Made by a program: the position numbers and the translations under genes
Shown here: in pieces, positions 53,533 through 64,000 of the stretch
Layout of the letters: every line of letters begins with the position of its first letter
Numbering within the stretch: position 1 is the first letter of the stretch
Assembly: GCF_001194135.2 (NCBI RefSeq)
Contig: NC_068995.1
Location: 7,626,385 to 7,690,384 of the forward strand
Source: Octopus bimaculoides
Taxonomy: Eukaryota
DNA length: 64,000 nt
Direction: 5' to 3'
Notes under the pieces: generated by a model
Told to the model about the DNA's origin: nothing
The model's database searches: none
What the model saw: only the letters and a program-made list of their open reading frames with translations

Positions 53533-55212
53533 TTATAACAGAGGGAGTGTTATTATTATTATTATTATTTTTCTTTTATTCCAATCACTTCTATAATTTG
53601 TTTATTATAATACATTCCATTCACTAGTCAGAGCTACCCTTTGAAAGAAGGAAAAGCAATAACGCGAGGTCGTCAGCTCCGCTATAATTTTTCTTTTATT
53701 TCTGCAAAGTCTGCAGTAAACATTAGAATTAAGAATTATAAAGAGTCTGTGAGAATGTTAACGTAACCATATTAGTGGAATAATTGGATGAAACTGTCAC
53801 CATCCTACAACTGACTGCTTAAACTGCTGGAATTCATCTTTAAGACCGGGATTTACTTCAAGCTGTCCACATCGTTCTTTCATTTACATTTTCCTCCATT
53901 CTCTTTCATACTTCCTCTCTTTTTCTCTCTGTCTTATTCTCTCTCATGTATCTATTTCTATATATCAGTCTGTCTATTTATCTATTTATCTATTTATCTG
54001 TCTATTTATCTATTTACGCTGACACACGAATATTAACCCATATTTTGTTTTGATAACTTTCAATCTAGCCTTTTTTCCAAACTTCTCTATCTATCTAGCT
54101 CGCTATCTCTTTGCATTTCTCTCTGCACATACCACACAAACATAACTCTACATATATATTTATGGATATACCCGACTGTATTTTTCCTATATATATATAC
54201 ATATATTTTCACACATATATTATATCATATATTAGTGGCTTTACTAACAGTAGCTCTTATTGTAAATACTGTGTACATTAAAGTTTATATACATCACTAA
54301 TTGCGTTGGTCTATATTCAAATGAATGTCATTATCTATATTTATATGTATTACACCTAAGAACGCGCGCGCGCGTATATGAGCGCGTGTATTTACAGATA
54401 TTTATACACGTATGCGTATGTATGATGTGACAATATATTGGTATCTACATCGTCAGTTAAATTACAAGATGTCTGGAAGTCAGAAGTATGATGTAAGTGA
54501 AAGAAGCAGAAAATAAGCGATATGTCAGTTTCAATGTAACACCCACTTTGCTTTCTGCAGATCCATATTCTCAAATGAGCTTGCTCTGAAATTAATATTT
54601 AGTTTCGTATATAAATTAATCACTTCATAAAAGACTAAAAACGCATGACCTTATTTTTTGTCAACAAACATAGATTTCCAAGTAGAAAAATATGAGAATC
54701 TGCGTCAGATTCTTTTGTTCTCTCTTCGTAAAATTTAATATGTATGTACATATTTCGAGTCAAGGTTATAAGTGTTCAAATTCGCACAGTTTGCAGCCCC
54801 AGCCATAGACAAAGCCGCTCCAAATCGTAGTTTTAAAATCCATGTGGATGGAGATAGGACTGGCTCACTTGTGCTGCGTTAGAGTCGTATACTGCAGTAT
54901 AATGAAGTTAAAATAATCAACGATATTTAGAATGCATTTAAAACACACGTTTCAAGTAATTGAGCAGTCGATAAAAAGGGAATTTCATCTCTTACTCGAA
55001 ATATCTTCTGAGGAACATTTTGCGTAAGAGATTAACTTTCATATATGTCTATTCCGCAATTATCTGAAACACACGTAACCATTAAAACACCTGACGCGTG
55101 ACACACCGGTGCATCTGCGCATTCAACGTCGATTTGATGGATTGAGCGAGCTTATGAGTATACAAATATTTGAACACTTCCATCGACTAGAGATTCCATG
55201 TAGTATGTATGA

Positions 55213-55264
<52 letters not shown>

Positions 55265-56691
55265 ACATGCATACATGTATATATATATACGTATATACAC
55301 ATGCATACATGTATATATATNNNNNNNNNNNNNNNNNNNNNNNNNNNNNNNNNNNNNNNNNNNNNNNNNNNNNNNNNNNNNNNNNNNNNNNNNNNNNNNN
55401 NNNNNNNNNNNNNNNNNNNNNNNNNNNNNNNNNNNNNNNNNNNNNNNNNNNNNNNNNNNNNNNNNNNNNNNNNNNNNNNNNNNNNNNNNNNNNNNNNNNN
55501 NNNNNNNNNNNNNNNNNNNNNNNNNNNNNNNNNNNNNNNNNNNNNNNNNNNNNNNNNNNNNNNNNNNNNNNNNNNNNNNNNNNNNNNNNNNNNNNNNNNN
55601 NNNNNNNNNNNNNNNNNNNNNNNNNNNNNNNNNNNNNNNNNNNNNNNNNNNNNNNNNNNNNNNNNNNNNNNNNNNNNNNNNNNNNNNNNNNNNNNNNNNN
55701 NNNNNNNNNNNNNNNNNNNNNNNNNNNNNNNNNNNNNNNNNNNNNNNNNNNNNNNNNNNNNNNNNNNNNNNNNNNNNNNNNNNNNNNNNNNNNNNNNNNN
55801 NNNNNNNNNNNNNNNNNNNNNNNNNNNNNNNNNNNNNNNNNNNNNNNNNNNNNNNNNNNNNNNNNNNNNNNNNNNNNNNNNNNNNNNNNNNNNNNNNNNN
55901 NNNNNNNNNNNNNNNNNNNNNNNNNNNNNNNNNNNNNNNNNNNNNNNNNNNNNNNNNNNNNNNNNNNNNNNNNNNNNNNNNNNNNNNNNNNNNNNNNNNN
56001 NNNNNNNNNNNNNNNNNNNNNNNNNNNNNNNNNNNNNNNNNNNNNNNNNNNNNNNNNNNNNNNNNNNNNNNNNNNNNTATATATATATATATATATCGGT
56101 TGAAGAAGCGAGAGACGTGAGAACGGCTAAGAGAGAAAAACTATTGGAAGCTATGTATTTTAGAATATATCGATTCGGAAGATGATTCTAAATATAGCCA
56201 TGCACACAATTGAATATGTTTACAATAAACTTGGTTCAATGCCAAAAAAAAAAAAAAGAAGAGAGAAAACAAGAAGAAGAAGAAGAAACAACGAAACTAA
56301 AACGGAGACAATCTCTGTAAAATCTACCTAGATTGTCTGTTGGTGGGGCACAAATCGTTTAAATATGAGGTCGAAACAATTGAAAGAAAATTGTCAGTGT
56401 GTTAATAATGGAGGTTAGTGACAAGAAAAAAGCCAGGTAAATTGAATTAAAATTGTATGAAGAGCTGAGATGATTTGTGAATTGGCGTCTGTTTACATTA
56501 AATAGTTTTGGGTTTTTATATATATATATTTTCGCTTGCTAGAGGCTTAGGTTGAAAATTGCATACGTATATTAGTTTAAACAATGTAATGTAATCACTG
56601 AATTACTGATGGAAGCACTTTTCTATATATCTCTGTCTCTCTGACTTTGTACATACACTCACACACATAACTTTTACAAGAACAATATTAG

Positions 56692-56737
56692 ATTGTGACT
56701 TTGGAGTTTCGGCTAACCAAGCCATCATCAGAATGTT
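56692..56737 (-). ncRNA. Type I hammerhead ribozyme core (stem I degenerate)
   Basis: Minus strand reads CUGAUGA U GGCU UGGUU AGCC GAAA CU CCAA AG UC|ACAAUC: intact core, 4-bp stem II, 3-bp stem III, GUC triplet. Stem I has only the first U-A pair in register. Confidence 0.6.
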
Positions 56738-57887
56738 ACTATCAGTGCTTCTGAATCGAGGTCCATATAAGATTTCGTTGTTAAAGTTTATGTACAATAA
56801 ATCGCTCATACTTCTACAATAAGCAAAACATTTTAATAATATTTAAAAAACAAATTCCTAATGATACTTAATTTTAAGAATACAGTAAGAATATAGTGGA
56901 GGCCCGATGGCCCAGTGGTTAGAGCGGCTGTTTGTTGTCTACACCACCTGTATTCGTCTTTTGTTGTTTTTTTTGTGAATTCTCCCCCTATATATATATA
57001 TATNNNNNNNNNNNNNNNNNNNNNNNNNNNNNNNNNNNNNNNNNNNNNNNNNNNNNNNNNNNNNNNNNNNNNNNNNNNNNNNNNNNNNNNNNNNNNNNNN
57101 NNNNNNNNNNNNNNNNNNNNNNNNNNNNNNNNNNNNNNNNNNNNNNNNNNNNNNNNNNNNNNNNNNNNNNNNNNNNNNNNNNNNNNNNNNNNNNNNNNNN
57201 NNNNNATATATATACATATTGTCGTTGAAAGCTCGAAATAGGCAGTAAGTAACAGTCGATAACTGAGGAGGGATTAGACTTCTCCTTTTTTATTCTGTCC
57301 CGGATAAATCGGAGGTGCTATCTCCGCAATTTTATGTAGAAAGAGAAGCAAACTGATTGTGAACCACTTATTTGATAAATCGGATAACGGAAGAAAGCGC
57401 TAAAAAAGTAAATAAAAATGTATGCAACCATCCAACATTCTGACTACCTTGTTATTCTCAATACATAAATAAATAAATGAATAAATACAGCACATTTTTA
57501 TATATGTTTGAATATGTAAGTGTTCGTTCGCCAATTTGTGTTTGAATCTATTTTTAGTATAACGATGAAGAAAATATATTAATTTTAAAACTTCTTATAT
57601 CGATAAACCCTGTGCAGTAACTGCCTCACCAACCACATCATTAAAATTATCAACACACACATGATTTTTGTCTCCCACCTTGTCCTCACCGTCAAAGTAA
57701 CCGCAGCCATTAACAACACCATTAAGTGCCAACCTTATCGTAATCATCGCCATCGTCGTCCTTCTCGTCGTCGTCGTCGTCATCATTATCATCTTCACCA
57801 TGATCATCATTGTCACCATTAAACGCACTACCAGCAGCTATAAGAATACGTACAACAACTATAAGAATACCACAGCTAAAGAATACA

Positions 57888-57929
<42 letters not shown>

Positions 57930-58329
57930 CGTAGTCATCGCCAACAGCAAGGGCACATACGTTACAGTGTTTTTAAAGCAAACGTTTTCACACGATAACA
58001 AATTATTTTACAAAATGACAGCTGTAATACGACATAAAATCTACAGCTTACTTAATCATATAAGATTGAAACATATTTCATCAACTAGAAAAAAGAAATT
58101 ACTTTTGCTGTTGTTATTGGCTATTGTCACTCTAATAAAGACTCCTAATGCCGAATATGTAAAAGGAGACTCTGAGAAATTTTAATAAATTGAGAATTAT
58201 GAAGACAAACATTTTCTCGAAAATTACATCGTGATTAGGCTTTGCAAAATCAAGGTGAAAATTAATATATATAGACGTGAAATAATGGAATAAGCATTAA
58301 ATTGAAAAGGAAAATATACATGTTAGTGT

Positions 58330-58930
58330 AGGCGTAGTAATGGGTGTGTGATGAAGGAGCTCGGTTTGAAGTCGTCTGGTTTCGGGTTCGGTTCCCGAGC
58401 GCAGTAACTTAAGAAACCATCTTTTGTTTTTTCCATAACTAAACAATATTTTGTGAATGAATTTTCTTGACTGAAACGGTTTTGAAGACTTGTATAACAC
58501 GCATATACATAAACACACGCGTGACGCGCGCTCACACTCACGGGGTCAATGTAGTCGATGCCGGTGTCACGTAACTGGCACGTAAAAAGCACCTTACGAG
58601 TGTTGGGCCTCAAAAAGTCAATGACAAGTAACACCTTCAGAAATAAGAGATGAAATGCTCTAATGCCGTAGTTAATGCACATTAAGGAAAACATATACAC
58701 TATCAGGGACCGGCTATCCGAAAAATACCGAGAGAATATATATGCTTGTGTGTGTGTGTGAGTCTTTGTATGTGTTCTGCACCAATGTTCATAACCGGTG
58801 CTGGTTTGTTTATGATCCCCGAGATTCTGTGAAAATGAAGCTGGAATATTTACCAGACGTGAGAATAAAACTCACACACTCAGTGCTCCGGCATGGCCGC
58901 AATCCAATGACTAAAACAATTGAAACGTTA
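58330..58930 (+). mobile_element. Group B-like SINE with a foreign insert in its middle
   Basis: Head 58330-58430 (cgggttcggttccc B-box). Tail 58790-58930 (accggtgctggtttgttta..gtgctccggcatggccgcaatccaatgactaaaac). Unrelated GC-richer block at about 58535-58715. Confidence 0.6.
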
Positions 58931-59972
58931 AAAAGTGATTCGTTTCTTTAAGATAAGCTACAACGAACTAAGATGGGAGATTTGTTGAATAAATGCTGCA
59001 AATCAGGAAGTTGATATTGCAATGAAGTTGCTATATTTAGTAAGCGTAAGTGGTAGTCTTTCATAGATTTCTTCTTATTACTTGCAGAAATCTAAAGCTA
59101 GAGGGGTAAATGTAATGTGTTGTTTATAAGAGCAAGTGTGAGAGAAACGATAAAAGATATGAGAGAAAAAAAAATAGAAGAGAAAATAACGAATTGCAGA
59201 GATGAGATAGGAAGGAAAAATAAGAAGAGAGAAAAGTAGATTCTAGTTATATGAGAATACAGAAAATAAATGTGGGGAAGAACAAGATATCAAAAATGTG
59301 AAATGAGAGAAGAGAAAAAAGGTGAATAATCAATAAGAGAAACGAGGAATGAAAGAAAAACAGTGGCAATAAATGAAGATGGTGGTGATGGAAAACGCGG
59401 TGGAGTGAAGAAGTTCGATTCAAGGGAAGCTATTTGGCGGTTTCATTGTGTCCGATTCTGACGTTGAATGCATTCGTAATGAATGTAGGTGTAATATCTG
59501 TAAGAATTCTGTGATTTGAATGCAGTCATCAGAGTGCATACACACACATACGCACGCCCACGCACTCACACACACACACACACACACACACGCATGTATG
59601 TATATATGTACGTGTGTAGGTTTACGGAGACATTGCTATCAATAATGCTATTACACTGTACTTAGCAATATAAAGTACGTTTTCCGCTTAATTACAAATG
59701 TGAGCCTACACCTGTTTACGCACGCATGCACACCACCGATGCAGCAACACGGCTTCATTTCAATTCTGATCATCTGCTACAGTGTATATATGCATACATA
59801 CATACATACATACATTCATACATACATACACACAGACATATATATACATATATATACATACATATATACATACATATATATACATATAGTATATATGCGT
59901 GTGTGTGTGCGTGTATGTGTGTGTACATATGAATATATAAATCTATAAACGCTTATGTATATATCTGTGTGT

Positions 59973-60110
59973 GAAGGTGCATCGCCTAGTGGTTAAGGTG
60001 TTGCACTTATAGTAGTCAGATCGTGATATCGTTTCCCAGGTCCGGCGGTGCGTTGTGTTCGTGTGCAAATCTCTTTACTCCACTTTGCTCTGCAGACAAT
60101 CCGGCATCTC
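59973..60110 (+). mobile_element. Group C SINE 5' half
   Basis: gaaggtgcatcgcctagtggttaaggtgttgcac...ggcggtgcgttgtgttc. Confidence 0.75.
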
Positions 60111-60752
60111 ATGGTAAAGGCTTAAAATAATGTTAATTCTCTATACCTAGAATAAATTGCTTGTTCGTTTATATTAGACAATTACCATTTTCAAATCTCA
60201 CTAGGTGAGATATTCAGCAACAGTCCTTTGTAGTAAAGATTGTTCGCCAATATAACATGGCAGTCCTGGTTTAGGACTAATGTTGCTGTAATTTAGCCCC
60301 AGGAGACATCGTCTCCAGCTGGCTATACGACACCATCTGTGTCCTTATAATTTCGAACAAGGGAATGCAGCACCCCCACTCAGCTCAAAACAATATCTGT
60401 GCATCGCGATTTCTGGGTTATTTCACTTCATCGGTTAACTATAATGTCGTATAACTATAATGTCCATCATTGTGACCCAAGAAGCACACACAGACATGCA
60501 CACACACACACAAACCACACAGACACACACTTACAAACACATACGCGCGCACATATATACACACAAGTAGCAACAATAACAATTCCGTGACATTTTAGAA
60601 GCCCTTGAGACCTATTTGCCAACACTGAGCAAAATTATCGCCACATCTCAACACATATAATATGCGATAGATGTCTGCATGGCGACGTTCTTCCAGCTGG
60701 ACTAATGTAAATTTAGTATAGGGAATTAGGATTTCTCAAGCGATTGCCTACT

Positions 60753-60787
<35 letters not shown>

Positions 60788-61219
60788 NNNNNNNNNNNNN
60801 NNNNNNNNNNNNNNNNNNNNNNNNNNNNNNNNNNNNNNNNNNNNNNNNNNNNNNNNNNNNNNNNNNNNNNNNNNNNNNNNNNNNNNNNNNNNNNNNNNNN
60901 NNNNNNNNNNNNNNNNNNNNNNNNNNNNNNNNNNNNNNNNNNNNNNNNNNNNNNNNNNNNNNNNNNNNNNNNNNNNNNNNNNNNNNNNNNNNNNNNNNNN
61001 NNNNNNNNNNNNNNNNNNNNNNNNNNNNNNNNNNNNNNNNNNNNNNNNNNNNNNNNNNNNNNNNNNNNNNNNNNNNNNNNNNNNNNNNNNNNNNNNNNNN
61101 NNNNNNNNNNNNNNNNNNNNNNNNNNNNNNNNNNNNNNNNNNNNNNNNNNNNNNNNNNNNNNNNNNNNNNNNNNNNNNNNNNNNNNNNNNNNNNNNNNNN
61201 NNNNNNNNNNNNNNNNNNN

Positions 61220-61265
<46 letters not shown>

Positions 61266-62650
61266 TGTGTGTGAGTGTATGTGTGTGAGTGTGTGTGTGT
61301 ATGTGTGTGTGCTTGTCTGTGTATATACATATGTATGTGTATATCTATATATGCATACACAAATTATATGACGGCAACGTGCTTTCAATTTTAGAATCAT
61401 GACATCTTACACGTGTTTCAGGTGCAATTTCGAAATGACTAGGTTATGAAAAAATTATGCATAGTTCCATCACTAAAAACTTCATCTCTGTATTTCTCAG
61501 GAAAATACTCGATGAGTTGAAATACGATATCCATCTATCTATCTATCTATCTATTTATCTATCTCACACACACACACACTCTCTCTCTATCTCTATTTCT
61601 TTATCTATCTATCCGTGTAACCACACATGTGCTGTTAGTGATTTCTTTATTTTCTTTAGACTTTCCCATTCTCGTTTCGGACGAAGAGATATACTCGAAA
61701 CGTCAAACTGTCTCTTTTCACTGAGCGTGAAGCTAAAACTTTCCTTGTGCACGTCCTCTCGTTCAATTGATTGTTTATTTGAATTGACTATACACACACG
61801 CACGCACACACAAACACACACACATGCACACACATATGTATATATATATATAAAATCTAACCATCTATCTATCAATCTGTCTATCTATCTTATTATTCTG
61901 TCTGTCTCTCTCTCTATTTCTATCCGTCTCTCTCTCTTTCTTTCATTCTTCCTCCACCAATCTACCTTCACAACAGTTTTTCTTTCTACTAACCATTCTA
62001 CCTACCTATCTGAATATTTCTCCAACTGCATGTCAGTCTTTGTGTCAGACTGGCGCGAAGAATACTATTGAACGCATTAATGCATCATTTGAAATGTAAA
62101 TAATAAAGGTAATTTAATATTCTACAGATATTGGTAAAGACATATAGAGAAATAAAATGAATAATTCAGTCGTAGATCCAGCTAATAAATGGAAATAAAC
62201 AGCATTTAAAATTTTACGAGGTGTTTTAAAAGTGAACAAAGATATGTATGAAGAAATTTGTTTTTATTCCCTGTCATAAATGGTTCTGATTTCTTATCTA
62301 AAACTGCATACGGAGTTACACAAACAACAGAGATGCACACATGTACATACTTATATAATATATATATGTGTCTTACCGTGTGTATGTATGTATGTGCTTA
62401 ACATCCATGTTTATCTCAATTTGTTTTCGAGTTCTATATTAATAGTCACTGCCCTGCAAAATAAATACCGATTATGAATATGCATGGAATAAGATGCTAT
62501 CAATTCTTCCAATCAATGGTGAATCTGGGATCACGATATCCATGAGTTTGCTCATTAAATCGTACCATATACGAGACTCGATTTCCACTCCTTTTTGTTT
62601 ATACTGTATAGTATAGCAAAGTATCCATGCATACATGCCTACATATAAAC

Positions 62651-62687
<37 letters not shown>

Positions 62688-63955
62688 GACATGGTGGGTG
62701 GGTGTACATACCTATATGAAAAGTGTAGATAATTCTTACATATATACAGAGAGCTGGTGAGAAACAACATTTTTTTCGAGATGATGAATAATTACTTGAT
62801 TTTTCTAAGCTAAATCAACCGACGAACCATCGCACAGGCAAGCATTTTGCGTAGACTCTGTGACTGGCAATTGAAAGGGAACAAAATTAAATCTGTAGAA
62901 AAATGTTGCTATTCTCAGACGAGAGACTGAATTCGAAATCTTGGAATATTATAGTCTCTGAGAAATATGCCGATTGTCATGTTTTACTATTAAACAAGAG
63001 AGCATATTAGTTCCACCATCCAACAGCAGATACAGAAGAGACAGACAAAGTTTCAGTGCAGTTTCTCACCAACAACGCACCTAGTTTTATTAGGCAATCA
63101 GCTTTTATAGAAGTCACGTACTCAAACGTTTAAACGATGGTACCCCAGCCATTACTATCTTACTTATAAGAAACATGCTGACCACATGGTCACAACTACA
63201 TGGTTTAACACAAAAAATATTTTACGTATATATTTTAGTAACTTTTGAAGCGTTAAAACGAAGGATTTTAACTCGGAGTTTTGTGCACTGGGGTTCGCTT
63301 CTATAGGGAACTTTATACAGAGTTATATTGCTTGTTTGCAAATTCGTTGCCACTGGACATTATATCAGATACGTTGAAGTATTTGATTTTATAGACTTAA
63401 TCTATTTCAAACATACAGACAGAGAAACACATTCACACTGAACAAATGCCGAAACCTTTCACTGAATTAAATCCACGTGACAGCTGAAACAATATCGTCT
63501 GTATATTATCATGAAGGCTTTTCGAAATCGAATAATTCCTTCAACAGAAAAGAAGTCACGTTTAAATGTATACTTATCAAACAAACAATTTCACACTTAT
63601 CTAAGACTAGAAAAAGAAAACTAAATAATAAAAAAAACCATCATAAAGCTCTCACACGTACACAGATACATGCGTATCTGTCCATCTATCTATTTATCTT
63701 TCTTTCTATCTATCTTTCAATCTATCTATTTTCCTGTCTACATGGCTGTCTGTTAAGCTTCAGTTTTTTAAATTCTGTTTATATGTACGGTCGAGCAAAA
63801 CTTTCTGACTTCTCTTGTGATAAAATAACAGAATCAGATAATATCTTATACTACGCAAGTGTCATACAGGCCAACTGTATTTATGCACTGACACATAAAC
63901 ACATTCTCACAGATTTCCACCCACGTGAAAACACTCATATGAGAGTGCATATATC

Positions 63956-64000
<45 letters not shown>

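Overview
AT-rich, microsatellite-saturated eukaryotic scaffold with about 20 large N gaps. The repeat repertoire (three groups of tRNA-headed SINEs, mariner and DD37D relics, an R4/Dong-like LINE end) looks like an octopod (Octopus-type) genome; this is recognition from memory, not a database result. Nearly all ORFs in the supplied track are artefacts of microsatellites, N gaps or SINEs. One credible host exon was found: + strand 16401-16512, encoding the first strands of a synaptotagmin/rabphilin-type C2 domain. Most of the window is therefore probably intron of that gene. The most notable unexplained signal is a set of hammerhead-ribozyme (HHR) motifs of the minimal type I, Penelope-associated kind. 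One is fully formed (4385-4442, +), one carries a single stem II mismatch (48776-48838, +), one has an intact core but a weak stem I (56692-56737, -), and several are decayed vestiges. A 392-bp foldback palindrome lies about 300 bp upstream of the first HHR. No CRISPR, rRNA or bona fide tRNA gene is supported. Repeat boundaries were read by eye and are approximate (about 10-20 bp).
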